NCBI RefSeq assembly: GCF_006345805.1
Contig: NC_043010.1
Coordinates: 17,298,001 to 17,362,000 of the forward strand
DNA length: 64,000 nucleotides
Origin: Octopus sinensis
Taxonomy: Eukaryota
Reading direction: 5' to 3'
Part shown: positions 1-13,018 of the stretch, in pieces
Layout of the letters: every line of letters begins with the position of its first letter
How positions within the stretch are numbered: position 1 is the first letter of the stretch
The notes under the pieces: model-generated
Database searches by the model: none
What the model saw: only the letters and a program-made list of their open reading frames with translations
Told to the model about the DNA's origin: nothing
Translations under genes and position numbers: made by a program

Positions 1-3000
1 TGAGAGCATGCAAAATGGTTGCGTCACTTTGTGCGCATCTCGGGCAAGCCTGGTTGAATACACTTCCATACCTATAGAGCTTATCTGAAACAAGCAGTGT
101 GCCCTGGTAGCACTGCCAGGCCCAGGATTTCTGGAAATTATCATTAGGTCCCAGCCCAGACCAGCCAACTTGTTCTTATTGACACCCAGAGTCTCCCCGA
201 GAAATCGTCGCATTTACCCACCACTAACCCTCCATAGAACGCCACAATAGAATGGACACCGACCACATTGCCTGACTGACAGAACAGCGTGAGCACCTGA
301 TGACACTCTAGGTGCCAGGTGCCCTTCCTTGGTCTACGCTTGATCTAGGGCTGCAGCTCAGTTGTGGGAAATCGCATCTGACAAATAGTGACCACACCGC
401 TCACCATCTTGGAAGTGCTGGAGATGTCACAGCCTCAGCACATATCTGTGCATTAATAGCCAAGGCATGCCCAGCCCTCCATTTAATGGGTGTTGACAGC
501 AAATGGAATGCATCTCTTCCACAGAAAGCAAAATGGTAGGTGCTCCAGTTTGGCCAGACTTGAACTGGGACAGGGCACAACGGTAAGCCAGTAGTAGATG
601 ATGGATACAATGTAAGCATTTGCCACCTCCACCCAACCTTTCAGGGATAGTTTTCTCTCAGCCCATTTCTGGATGAGATTGGCCACCCTGCTTGCTACCT
701 TGTCCTAGTACTTCTCCACCTGTTGGAAGGCATGGACTTGCCTCTCTAGTTGCCAAGTTGCAGGCCTACTGACTTCTGATTAATTTCTGCTCCTGTCACC
801 ACTTTGTATTCTTTTAGAACAGTGCCAACCAGATTTATGAGCTTAGTGTTCAACACTATGACATTGGCATCGTCTGCATATGCCGACATGGTTTTCCCAC
901 ATCCTAGTTTGCGCAGGATGCCTCTCAACGCTTCCAATTTCTGCAGTAATGGCTCTAGAGCCATCACATATAGGAGAGATGAGAGGGGATACTCATGATG
1001 GACTGAAAGCATGATGCTGAAAGGTTCCGATCTGGGTAACTGTTCACCCAATCTACCAAACAGATGTCACTGTACATTGCTGTAATCCACCCACGGAAAA
1101 TGGGATCAAAACTGGTTGCCATGAGAATGGCCGCCAAGTATTGGTGGTCAACTCTATCAAAGACTGATCTAAATTGATCAACACCCCACTCATGCCAGCT
1201 TCATTCCCTACCCTGTCTATGATGTATCACATGAGGTGGAGGTTGTCATGGATGGATCTGCTTTAGGATGGTGCATGTGCATCACCAATCAGTTCTTTAA
1301 TGACAGACACCAACCTCTTCACTAGCGCCTTGGCCAAAATTTTGAAGTCTGCATTGAGCAGCATTATAGACCAAACATTTTCTATTTGATCCGTCTTGTC
1401 TTGGTCCTTTTTAAGCAGTTCCATCACTTCTTGGCTCACAGAACTAGGAATTTTCCCATTCTGCTGCCAATTGCAGTAGGCATCTGCTATGAGATCATCA
1501 AACAAGTCTGGCATATAATAGTAAAGACCATCCAAGCCAGGTGATTTACGTGCTGTGCAGCAGCCCATCATCGCATCCTGTATTTCTGCAGCTGTTATTG
1601 TCATTTCGCAACACTTTACCCCACTTGATGAGAGTCATTGCATGCGTTCCGGATTGCCAATCGTCCCAAACAGTTGAGCGAAATGCTTTTGAAATGCTGC
1701 ACACATCCGCTTGGGCTCAAGTATTGTGCACTCACCTGGGTCCACCAAAAACCGAATTGTGGCTTTGTTGCCATGTTGAGCCTCAACCACTCAGGCCCAT
1801 CAAGCAGCTTTAATTCCCTCATTTCTTAGAGCACATACCTTAACTCTGACAATTCGTCTTTCATGCTTAGTGGTGAAGAATTAGTCAAGGACCAATCTTG
1901 CCGCCTGCACATCAGTTGCAATGCCTCTCCTAAGTCCTTAACTAGCTTTCCTCCTGTTTTATTTTTTTCTATCACTAGTGCCTTGCTAATCCTAACTGGT
2001 TCCATTCTAATTGCCCTTTGCAGGGCGTACAACCATTTATTGTTTAAGTAGTGACCCTGTTAATGCTCGCTTAACTAATTCGCTAATCCAGTCTCTGTAA
2101 GCTTGGCATGCCGGGAATGATGTGTTCAGCTTCCAGTAATTGGGTCCCTGCCTACCTAGCCTATCTAAGTTGACCATGCAGATCACAAATTTGTGGTCTG
2201 TGTTATTCTGTCCTCATCGATATCTGTGGCTGTTTCCACGAGCAGTTTCTTGTACAGTCTTTTGTTGATATCTTTCCTGAAGGCCCCAGCTCCTTCAGTA
2301 TATTTTGTTTATATTTTGCTGTGTTTTATGATGTTAGCAGGAATTTTATGAGCGGCAGTCTGGTGTTTTTGATGAAATCAGATTCTGTGATGTGTGTATG
2401 GTTGGATATGTGTGCATTAAATTCTTTATTGTTTGTGTTTGTTGTGTTGCTGGTGTTGGGGTGTGCAGGCTGAGAGTTGTGTGTGTGAACTGGGTTGTGC
2501 TTGTGGTGGTGGTGACGTCGCTGATGGGGATGCTGTTGTTGTTAGCGGCACTGGTGTGGTTGCTAATGGGGAAGATGTTTGTGTGTTTGTTTTGTGATGT
2601 GTCTGCTCCCTGTCATCATACCTGCCAGGTTTTTGTGTTTTACTTGGTGTATTTTTGTTCCTTTTTCTTTTAGATCTGGCAACTTGTTGCCATTTGGGCT
2701 CTTTTCCTCCTCCGCCATGCTGGACGTGTGAGTGTTTGGGGGAGGGTAGAGGCAAATCTTGTGGGGCTTTTTGGTTGTGCTTTGTTGATAAGGTTGTTGT
2801 TGTTTTTGTTGCTGTTTGGTATGTGGAAAGCATTACTGTTGGTTTGTTGTTTATTTTGTTTGCTGTTGTGAGTGGTGTTGCTGCTCCAGTGACCACCTCC
2901 CTCTGCTGGTGCTGTTGCTGTGGTTGTTGTGCTGGTGGTGTCTGCGGCAGTGCTTTTTTTTTCCTTTTCATTGTGTATGGCAGAAAGCCCTTAAGTGGTT

Positions 3001-3560
3001 TGTTTGGCCACAAATGTGTCATCTGGGTTTCCTGCCCTCTACCACTACAAATGATTTTGAACCTCCACAAAGCTTGATGATATCTGGGATCTCTTGTGCA
3101 GTTTCAAAATCTGCATGCAATAAGATTTCCATCCCAGTACCATACCAATTTTCTGTTTCCTTGTTTCAAGAACTCTACATCTTCTCTTCTGTGCCGTACA
3201 ATACAGCTGCTGCCAATAAGATGTCTACTTCTGGTGGAACCTATGCTACCTTCACTCTGACAACTCTTTGACTGAGGTACATAGGAATCATATGTAATTC
3301 CTCAATCTTCAGAGTTGTCATGGCATCTTCTTTGGCTAGTGGTTCTCTTGTGAATCTCACCTCTACTGTGTCAAAGCTTTTACTACATGTGACACAAGAC
3401 TTTTGGTTCCAAACAGGTCTCAGCCATTTTTCAACCTGAGCCTGCATGGCTCTTTCTATCTTGCACATATTCAACGATATACATCTGTATATAATGGTGC
3501 TCCTCCATGCCGCTTCCTGCACTTTCTCTGGTATCAGGATTGTGTTAAAGCAGAGAAAAA
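1..3560 (-). mobile_element. Decayed L1/Tx1-clade LINE (ORF1 with CCHC knuckle remnant, truncated endonuclease, RT fragments)
   Basis: Minus-strand fragments: KSPGLDG...LLNADFKILAKALVKRL (1263-1604), PLSSLLYVMALEPL...YADD (746-1051), APE C-terminus DHKFV...GPNYWKLNTS (~2110-2200), and knuckle remnant *HICGQTNHLRAFC (~2965-3010). Many stops and frameshifts. Confidence 0.8.
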
Positions 3561-4393
3561 CAGCTTAAGGTGGTATGTAGAAAATACTGTGGAGCTATTG
3601 CTGAAGCGTGAAGGAGTCTGGTATCGTCAAAAGTGATAATTATGTAAAGAAAGAGAAACTTAGAGGAGAAAAATACAGAAAAAGAGATAGAAAAAATGTA
3701 GTTAGTTTTGAAGAGATGCAAGAACCAAGACAAATACAGAAGATTGGTGGTGATGGATGTGGAGGAGTGACTTGAAGATAGGAACAGAAGCACTTAGAAG
3801 CATTGAGGATGGATTGTATGAAGTACAGAATTGATAGCACAACTGAGGATAACAAAGGCAGAATGTGTGGTGAGAGGGATGAAATGGTATGGCACATTGT
3901 TAGGGAATGCCCGAAATTGGCAGAACACAGTTACAATAGACGACACGACAATATGAAAAGAATGATCCACTGGGAGCTCTGTGGAAATTACGGCCCACAA
4001 AGAAGCAAAGATGTGGTATAACCAAATCTCAGAAGGAGTTAATGAGAATGAAGATTGCAAAATCCTGGGGGATGCACTGATTCAGTTTGACCATCAGATC
4101 AGACATTGGAAACGCGACATTGTTGTGGTGAACAAAAAGGAAGGAACTTGCATGATAATCGACAAAGCATGTCCTGGTAGAACAGGTTCGAAGAGAAAGA
4201 AGAACAAAAAGTGGATGAATTCATGTGGGAAATATGCAGGCTGTGGGCAATGAAGAGAGTAGACGTGATAGCAATAATAATTGGTGCACTTGGAAGTATC
4301 AGCAATCAACTACCAACAAGGCTGGAAATGATGGGTGCAAGTGTGAAGGTAGAACAAGAGTTCTTCACAAGGTTCTTGAACCATGACCAGTAA
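3545..4393 (+). mobile_element. 3' fragment of an R4/Dong-like LINE with restriction-like endonuclease
   Basis: CCHC-type region MCGERDEMVWHIVRECPKLAEHSYNRRHD..IHWELC, then ENEDCKILGD..IQFDHQIRHWKRDIVVVNKKEGTCMIIDKACP (decayed PD..D RLE motif) and IIIGALG. Confidence 0.8.
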
Positions 4394-4449
4394 ACAAGTG
4401 TCACCTTAGTCTGCTGGCTGTGGGCAACGAACACTTTCCATCATACCCA

Positions 4450-5190
4450 GCAAATGTGGTGTTATCAAGTACTTGCCAGGAAAAGGGTTTAGCCCCCAAG
4501 GACATTCATGGTGACATGCTTGCTATGTTAGGAGGATGTCACTCCAGCTTTATCAACAGTGCACAAGTGGGCAACTAAAGTTTGGAGGGAAAGAGAGAGT
4601 CTTGAGTATAACCCAAGGTCTGGACATCCTGCAACTGCCACCACTGAGTAAAACATTAGTCATGATCACCACATGCTGATGGATGACAGGCGATTGATTA
4701 TAAATCAAATAGCCAATGCTATTAGCTTGGTTCGTGCCACATCTCACACCTGATCAAAATTGCACCAGGCTGATCACATCACAGGAAAATCTGACACTGA
4801 GGCAGATCCAGCTGGTTTCTTTGAACATTTCCTAAGCCAGAATGAGTGTTGGCTTCATCACTTTGAGTTGGAGACAAAGTGACAACCCATGCAGTGGAAA
4901 CAGCCCTCCTCATCTGCTCTAAAGCAGCAGCAGGCAAGGTGATGGCCTCAGTTTTTTTGAGATGCAAAAGGCATTGTGTTATTGACTATCCTCAAAAGGG
5001 CCAAACCCTCAAATGGAAAGTACTATGCCAACTTGCTGAGGCATTTACGAAAGGCTTTCAAGATCAAAGGCCTAGGGAAACTGACGAAAGGGATCTTGTT
5101 TCATCGGGACAATGTTCCAGCACACAGGTCCTTGCTTTCAATGGCCGCTGTGCTTAGCTTGTGGCTTTGAACTGGTTGATCACCCTCCCA
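4450..5190 (+). mobile_element. Decayed mariner transposase
   Basis: Fragments GVIKY..GLAPKDIH, PRSG.PATATT, GKVMASVF, NGKYYANLLRHLRKA, GILFHRDNVPAH and GFELVDHPP are mariner D,D34D-type motifs. Frameshifted. Confidence 0.85.
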
Positions 5191-5711
5191 TACTGGCATG
5201 GACTATGGACGTTATTATACATTACACACATGTATACACACACATGCAAAGTGCTGTTTCATTAGAGTCAATTAGTTTGCTACCACCTCAACAGGAGTGA
5301 TTATCTGTACCCTTCACAATGAAAGCAAAGAATATTTTGGAGTAACTTCAGAGGTTTACATCATAACCACTGCAAAAATACAAACAAGGATAAGGGTTAA
5401 TATGTAAAGCGGTCAATTCAAGGTCAATGATAGACTGATTGTTAAATCACAAGACGGATACAGTAGCTGATAATTGATAACTGAGTACAATGATAAAGAG
5501 AAAGGGTAAAATAGATAAATACAAACTGATTTGTGATCAGTCGTAAACTATGTGGCTAGATTAACGGTCTGTGAACGGTGAGGAGGAGAGGTTGGAGAGA
5601 AAAACTTTCTTGAAATATTGCTTACTTGAAACACTGACGATAACATACATAAATATTAATCATAAATTATAACAAAAACTTCTATTAATTTTTCCGAAAT
5701 ATCTAACAATA

Positions 5712-5827
5712 TATAGGCATAGGAATGGCTGTGTGGTAAGTATAGGCGTAGAAGTGGCTGTGTGGTAAGTATAGGCGTAGAAGTGGCTGTGTGGTAAATA
5801 TAGGTGCAGAAGTGGCTGTGTGGTAGG
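5712..5827 (+). repeat. Four tandem 29-bp copies of the SINE 5' end
   Basis: Units TATAGGCGTAGAAGTGGCTGTGTGGTAAG start at 5712, 5741, 5770 and 5799; the last continues into a full SINE. Confidence 0.9.
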
Positions 5828-6215
5828 TAGCCTGCTTACGAACCACATGGTTCAGGGTTCAGTCCCACTGCGTGGCACCTTGGGCAAGTGTCTTCTACTA
5901 TAGCCTCAGGCCGACCAAAGCCTTGTGAGTGGATTTGGTAGATGAAAACTGAAGGAAGCCTGTCGTATATGTGTATATATATATGTATGTATGTGTATAT
6001 GTTTGCGTGTCTGTATTTGTCCCCCCAACATTGCTTGACAACCGATGCTGGTGTGTTTACGTCCCCGTAACTTAGCGGTTCGGCAAAAGAGACCGATAGA
6101 ATAAGTACTGGGCTTAAAAAGAATAAGTCCAGGGGTCGATTTGCTTGACTTAAATGCCGTGCTCCAGCATGGCCACAGTCAAATGACTGAAACAAGTAAA
6201 AGAGTAAAGAGTAAC
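5799..6215 (+). mobile_element. tRNA-derived SINE, family 1
   Basis: A-box-like TGGCTGTGTGGT, B-box-like GGTTCAGTCCC, central (TA/TG)n, and 3' tail GAAACAAGTAAAAGAGT. Many further copies in the window. Confidence 0.85.
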
Positions 6216-6224
6216 AACACAATA

Positions 6225-8593
6225 CAAGCATACCTTGGCTGAAGTCGTTCTTGATTATATGTCAGTTTTCAAAAATAACATATGGAAAAATAAAAATCAA
6301 GTCAAGTCATTTTACTCGACTGCACGTCTGTCTGCCACAAATATTGGAATTGTAAAATCACTAGAAAACTGTTAAAAGCACATAAAACGATGTTACTGCA
6401 CAATAAATAAGAATAAAAGCATATAAAGTTATATTAAAATACGTAAAGTAAATGTTAAGATACACACCATAAAGTAGGGTAGCTTAGTGAATGAAATCAT
6501 GAAAGTTGTCTTATTTATCGGTCTTTCAGGGCTCATATTGCACTGTAGTTCCAATATCTACTGTTAGGCGTTGTCACTCGTGATTTCCGCAATTGTTTTG
6601 AATTCAAATTTATATCTGTTTATTGGCTTCTTTCTGATTCATTTTTTGCTGCCATAGCTCCTAAGAAAATTCATAGTGAAAGTGCTAAGCACATGCTATA
6701 ACACTGGAAGATAAACTGGCTGTGATAAAGCGCTATGAAGAAGGTGAAAAAGTGGTGGCAATTGCACAATCTTTTGGGATGAGTCACCAACTGTATCGAT
6801 GATTGTACATAATAAGGACAAGATTTTAGTAGATATGAAATCTGAAGCCCCAGGCATGAAGAACACTGTCATCAATAAGAGGCAAAATCTTTGAAGAAAT
6901 GAAAAGTTTTGTTTCTCTTTAGATTGTTAGGTTGAATTGTCAGAGTGTTAATATTAGTCAAGAAATCATTCAAGAGAAAGCGTTGTCTTTGAGGATCTGA
7001 AGAAAAAATATCAAGATGAGAAAGATGTAGAGTTCAAGACAAGTCAAGGATAATTCATGAGATTTAAAGAGCAAAGGAGTTATCACTCCATTAAGAAGCA
7101 AAATAAAAGTGCATCAGCTGATGAACAAGCAGCAGCAGAATTTCCTAATGTATTAAAGAAAATGGGTTTCTTCCTGAACAGATTTTTAACATAGACGAAA
7201 CTGGATTGTATTGGAAAAAATTGCCAGACCGTTCATTCACTTCCAAGGAGAAAATTCCAGGCTACAAGGTGTCAAAAGAACGTGTGACCATTATGTTGCT
7301 AAGTAACTGTGCAAGAGATTTTAAGTTGAAGCCATTGCTTATGTATCATGCACACAACCCCTGTGCTCTGAAGAACATACCCAAGGCATCTCACCCTATT
7401 ATATGGATGGCTAGTTCAAAAGCATGGGTTACTGTTGTTGTTTTTGAAGACTGGTTCTTCAATCATTTTATCCAAGCAGCAGAGAAGTACTGTAAGGAGA
7501 AGAGGATTCCGTTTAAGGTTTTACTTATCTTAGATAATGCTCCTGGCCACCCACAAAACATTGTAGATTTTGACCCCGACGTTACCATCGTACGCCTCCC
7601 TCTGAATAGCACGTCTCTTCTGCAGCCAATGGATCAGGGAATAATTGCTATCTTCAAGCGTTACTAAATGAAGCGTACGCTGTGGCAAGCAATAGCTGCA
7701 ACTAATCTTGATGAGTCCATCACACTTTGTGACTTTTGGAAGAGATACAATATCTACAAGGCTGCACAGAACATAGCAGCAACATGGGATGAGGTACAGA
7801 GCAGGGCTATGAAGGGTGTACAAAAGAAGCTATGCTCGCAATTCGTGAATGACTTTAAGGGGTTTGATAATGTTGCCATCAACAAAATGTTAGTGACTAA
7901 GAGCAAAGAACTGGAAACGGATTAGGAGGAGGAGGATTTCACAGATTTATTTGAAAAAGACAAGCAGCCCCTGACAAACCAGGATTTGATAGAGCTTCAT
8001 GAGTAGCAAAATAAAGAAGAGGAAATCGAACCTGAACCACGTCACTTTACCATTAAGAAAATGTGGCAAGCATTTGCATATATTGAAAAAGGTCTTTTTA
8101 TGTTCGAAGATATGGATCCAAATGCTCAATGCTTTTCCAAGATTATGGGGGCTTGTCACGAAGCTTTTGCTCCTTATAATGTAATCCTTGAGGAAAAGAA
8201 GATTTAAAATTTAAAATAATTTAGTCTCTTTTTCTAATATTGCAAAATAATAACTACTGCATCTGTTTAAGCTTTAAAAAGGCTTTTATTTTACCATTTC
8301 TTATTGCAAACTGCATTCATAAATAAAGTGTCTGTTAATGTACAGTAAACACCGCCAAATTGTATTCGTAAATTCAGATTAATTTCTGTTTTACTGTACT
8401 GTATTAAAAAAATAAAAATTATTTGTTTATAAACTTAAAATAGGTTTTTACTAACCATGTATCATTGAAAATGCATTCATAAATAAAGTACAGAACTGGG
8501 AATGGTTATTATCAGTTTAGCCTAGAGACAAGTAAATTCAACTTGAGTTGTGTCTCCTGGAACCAATTAACGACGTAGGGTGAGGTATGCTTG
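6225..8593 (+). mobile_element. Tigger/pogo DNA transposon, full length but decayed
   Basis: TIRs CAAGCATACCT (6225, preceded by TA) and AGGTATGCTTG (ends 8593). Transposase remnants run from MAPKK (~6650) to the DDE_1 region YWKKLPDRSF...VLLILDNAPGHP...LLQPMDQGII (7206-7667). Multiple stops. Confidence 0.9.
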
Positions 8594-8879
8594 TGTAATG
8601 GAACTGGTTAATTCTTCACTGTTTGGGTGCAACCAATTTCCTTTCCTTTTGTTTCTAGAAACTACCAGTCAGGAACAAAACGCAACTTAAAAAATATATA
8701 TGATTCTTTATTCTCTTATTTACAAATGAAGCACATTGGTATATTGGTAACCACTTGGTTCAATATAGCAAGGCTGAATTTTAACATTTGTAAGATTCTT
8801 ACAACAAATTCAGCAGCAACAGAGTAGGTCAAATTCTAAGCGTCTGGGACAGGAGAATGGCTGATCACACGTTAAATAC

Positions 8880-9110
8880 GTCTTTTCGCTTCAATAGCTG
8901 TGTCTCAAGTCAATGACGCTAAACAAGGAACGTGATAGAATTTTCTTCCCCAGTCTCTAGCGCATGTGCATGAGGGAACTTCCGTAGGCCTTTCCAGAAG
9001 GTTCCAGCCACGCACACGCACACTGAAGAATTACGTTCCGCACACGCACACTGAAGAATGACGTTGCGTGTGCACACACTGGAAAATTACGTCACTACAC
9101 TTGTATATGG
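8880..9110. promoter_or_regulatory. Candidate CpG-enriched promoter-like segment with a 3x ~28-bp tandem repeat
   Basis: GCGCATG and ACTTCCG motifs at ~8960-8985. Repeat GCACACGCACACTGAAGAAT(T/G)ACGT at 9012-9095. No transcript evidence. Confidence 0.25.
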
Positions 9111-9894
9111 CAGAGCAAAATGTGCAGCAACAAATAAGGGCAAAGAAGCAATGTTAATATTATCCTTATTTTTCTAAGAAATAGAGTTACGAGAGTTTAA
9201 GTGGTTTCCATGTGAACATGTCAGAACCCATAGTACCAATTCCTTGGGATGTAAAAGAAGTCACTGACACCAGTCTCTGCTTAAGACTCCCACTTCTCTA
9301 TCAATCATCATTTCAGAAGATGTTCAGATAAGAAATTTTATCTTCTCGTTCATCTACTCTATTTCTGCACAGATCATAAACCCCTTATTAGTTCTTTTCA
9401 ATATTCTATCTATTTCATTACCATGTAAACATAGTTTCAATAGTTTCATCTTCCTTGTTATTGTCTTAAGATAAACTCAAGTTCATGCATATTCGTTTAA
9501 TTGTCACATATTCATTTATTCAAGTTTTTCCCATCGTCACTTTTTCTCTAATTTTGTCACAGATTGGCTGACCGAAAATTCTAAGACTTTTTAATTCTAT
9601 TTCACTATTATCAGCATTTGCTGTTTCATTAAATTATGTGACCCAAAATCCCAAAGAATATTTTTCTCCCCTCATGTTCTGTGACCATCCTAACTCTGAC
9701 CCCCTCTCTCTCTCTCTTTCGATTACCACTTGTTTCGCCAATACCTCCTCCTCCTCCACCCCACCCTATATAAACTAGCGCATGCACTTCGATTCCTCTA
9801 CTCGATTTTTAATGACTACCCTGAAAGGGTACAAATCCAGAAGATGCTCTCGTCTAATTTTGTTAGCTCGCAGAATCAAATTCGATAACAGCAC

Positions 9895-10352
9895 CGCATG
9901 ACTGGCATCCATACTAGTGGAGTGCTAAGAGCACCATCGAGCATGATCGTTACCAGGGCCGCTTACTGGCTTCCGTGCCGGTGGCACATAAAATGCACCA
10001 CCCAAGCATGATTGTTACCAGCGTTGCCTTACTGGTACTTGTGCCGGTGGCACGTGTAAAACAACATTAGACTGAGGTCGCTGCCAGTGCCACTGGACTG
10101 GCTCCTGTGCAGGTGGCACATAAAAACAGCATTTGAGCGTGGCCATTCTCAGTACCGCCTGACTGGCCCTCGTGCCAGTGGCACGTAAAAGCGCCCACTA
10201 CACTCTCAGAGTGGTTGGTATTAAGAAGGGCATCCAGCTGTAGAAACCTTGCCAGATCAGATTGGAGCCCGGTGCAGCCATATGGCTCGCCAGTCCTCAG
10301 TCAAACCGTCCAACTGATGCCAGCATGGAAAGCGGATGTTAAACGATGATAC
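9895..10352 (+). mobile_element. RTE 3'-UTR copy (5'-truncated LINE or derived SINE)
   Basis: GTGCCRGTGGCAC repeats, AAGGGCATCCAGCTGTAGAAAC and a TTAAACGATGAT tail; same sequence as the 3' UTR of the RTE at 30298-31977. Confidence 0.8.
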
Positions 10353-10540
10353 CTCAAACTATGAAAATAAAGTCTGTACATGGTCACCTGATTAGCTAGA
10401 TACAAGAGCCAAATATCCTTCAAAGGTTGGGTGATGAATTGTCCAGCTGGTTGTAGATGAAACATAACAGGTCTAAGTGACTGGTCAACATTAACAGACT
10501 GAGCTCAATGTACAATGTACCTTAAAGGAGAACAAGATAT

Positions 10541-10925
10541 GGATCTTAGCGGTGTCATATGAAATTGTCACCCATAATTATGACCCTAGTATCGATCTAT
10601 TGCATTTCAATGTTTTAGGGTTAGGGCTGGGGGGAAGGGTATCTTTTTTTCTTCACAAATGTAAATAAACACAATCTGTTTCTTAAACGAAGGACATATT
10701 CATATGGCACAGAATGTTTTTTACCTCAATACACGTCATTGATTGGTTGAAATTGCAGAAATTGAAGAAAAAAAAACAACAAATATCTTACAAACTATAG
10801 AATTTTCTCAATAAAGCCAAGAGAAAAAGAGGTTTTGTAAACACATTCTACCAGTATACGAAATTTAAGATTTTTTAGTTACCTAGAAATTATGTTAAAA
10901 ACTGCCGTTCAAACCGAAAAGATCC
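10541..10925 (+). mobile_element. MITE family 1 (TTAGGG-containing; left TIR partly deleted)
   Basis: Right TIR AAAACTGCCGTTCAAACCGAAAAGATCC. Body matches the complete copy at 41363-41772. Confidence 0.85.
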
Positions 10926-11441
10926 AAATCTAGAAAATAAGACACTCTCATCATCATCATCTTTTAACATTCATCAGGGATTGGACAGTTCGGCAGGATC
11001 CAATGCGTCTGAGAGCATTGTGTTCAGATGGCAGGGTTTCTGTGACTGGATCACCTTTTTGAAGCCAATCTCTTTACTAAGAGAGGTTGCCTTGGGGGTT
11101 ACAGTAGAGGGAGAGGAAGCTTTATGCTAGGAGATAAGAGATTAAAGCATGAAAGAATGGTTCAGAATAGAACAGGCAAAAAACTGTTGCTCAGGTAAGT
11201 TAAGGGAAGTAACTCAGTAAAAACAGCTTAATGGTAGTCATCACAGTGGTGGTAGCAGTGGCAACGCCGGTGATGTAGTAGCAGCAGCCCAGATGTGGGA
11301 GTACGTCCCCATTAGTGAATGTTATGGATGGTCGGTCAGTGTGATGTGCTATGTCCAAGATTGGATGACGTCTGTGTAGAAAAGGTTGACGAGGAACGAA
11401 GGGTTCGTACAAAAATGAGTGAAAGCAAATAAGCATGTTCA

Positions 11442-12003
11442 TCATCATCATCGTTTAACGTCCGTTCTCCATGCTAGCATGGGTTGGACGGTTCGACCGG
11501 GGATCTGGGTAGCCAGAAGGCTGCACCAGGCTCCAGTCTAATCTGGCAATGTTTCTACAGCTGGATGCCCTTCGTAACGCCAACCACTCCGTGAGTGTAG
11601 TGGGTGCTTTTTACGTGCCACCTGCACAGGTGCCAGGTGAGGCTGGCAACGGCCACGGTCGGATTGGTGTATTTTATGTGCCACCGGCACGGAAGCCAGT
11701 CGAGGCGGTGCTGGCATCGGCCACGAGTCGGATAGTGCTTTTTACGTACCACCAGACCAGGGATCCTGGCTGGTTCAATTCAATTTCGATTTTGCTTGCC
11801 CCAACATGTCTTCAAAAGCAAAGGGGGTTGGCATGGGTGCCTGTCGTACGGTTGGATTGGAGTATTTTACGTGCCACCGGCACGGAAACCAGTCGAAGCG
11901 GCGCTGGCATCGGCCACGAGTCGGATAGTGCTTTTTACGTACCACCAGACCAGGGATCCTGGCTGGTTCAATTCGGTTTCGATTTCACTTGCCCCAACAT
12001 GTT
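11442..12003 (-). mobile_element. RTE 3'-UTR copy with an internal ~180-bp tandem duplication
   Basis: (CAT)n-CGTTTAACGTCCG terminus; the segment at 11660-11810 is repeated at 11845-12000. Confidence 0.8.
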
Positions 12004-12499
12004 ATAAGAGGAAAAGTATAGGTGTATATTTTAGACACAGGCCAAGTTTGTGTTAAGAAACTTGCCTTCCCAACTCCTGGTTTTCGGTTCAGCACCATGG
12101 CGGCTGTCTTCTACTATGGCTCAAGCTGACCAAAGCCTTGTGAGTGGATTTGGTAGATGGAAACTGAAAGAAGCCTCACGTGTGTGAGTGTGTATATGTT
12201 TGTGTATGCTTGTACCTGTTTTCTTTTTTTTTGACATCACGTCATAGATGTAAATGAGTGCCACTGTCATAAGCAGTGTCATTCATTTCCAATATTCTGC
12301 AGAAATCTTTTTGATCATGGGAAAAGATTTTATTTGGAAACTGGCAAGGATTGGTGACATGAAGGTCATTGAAAATCTGCCTCAAACTGTCTGACAATAG
12401 GAAAATTGATCCAAGCAGGATGTGAATCCAAATATCTTTTTTTTAACTGGACCGAGTCATTGGACTGACCAAGCTGGGGCACCATATTTTGGGGTTTTA

Positions 12500-13018
12500 G
12501 GGAACCTGTGAAAGAGGTAGTCCTAGGAAGACCTGGGCTGAGGTGGTGAAGCACGACTGTTGAACGTTGAGCCTCATGGAGGCAATGACAAGTGACTGAG
12601 ACCTTTGGAGATATGCTGTGTATGAGAAGACCCGGTAAGCCAAGTGAGACCATAACTGTGGCCTGTGCCAGTGTCACATAACCGGCCCTTTTTAGAGTAC
12701 CCTTCAAGCATTGGGCAATAAACTGTGCTGGCAAAGACCTGTTGAGTCAAGTGAAGTCATTGTTGTGGCCAATGCCAGTATTACCTGACTGGCACCTGTG
12801 CTGGTAGCATGTAAAACACATCATACGAATGTGTTCAACGCTAGTGCTGCCTGACTGGTCTCATGCCAGTGGTATGTAAAAAGCACCCACTACACCCTAG
12901 GAGTAGAACCCTTACCAGATCAGACTGGAGCCTAGTGCAGCCTCCTGGCTTGCTAGTCCTCAGTCAAACCGTCCAACTCATGCCAGCATGGAAAGCAGAC
13001 GTTAGACAACAATGATGA
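12500..13018 (+). mobile_element. 5'-truncated RTE: ORF C-terminus plus 3' UTR
   Basis: Translates to GTCERGSPRKTWAEVVKHD..LSLMEAMTSD..LWRYAVYEKTR, homologous to the C-terminus of the 30922-31926 ORF, and is followed by the UTR repeats and an ATGATG tail. Confidence 0.8.

Noticed and set aside
2392-3271. Cys/Val-rich plus-strand ORFs
   Set aside because: They are antisense to the low-complexity, CA-rich tail of LINE ORF1.
5800-5880. tRNA gene
   Set aside because: Only A/B-box similarity within SINE heads; no cloverleaf could be built.
7206-7925. Possible domesticated TIGD/CENP-B-like gene
   Set aside because: Multiple stops and frameshifts with both TIRs retained indicate a dead transposon copy.
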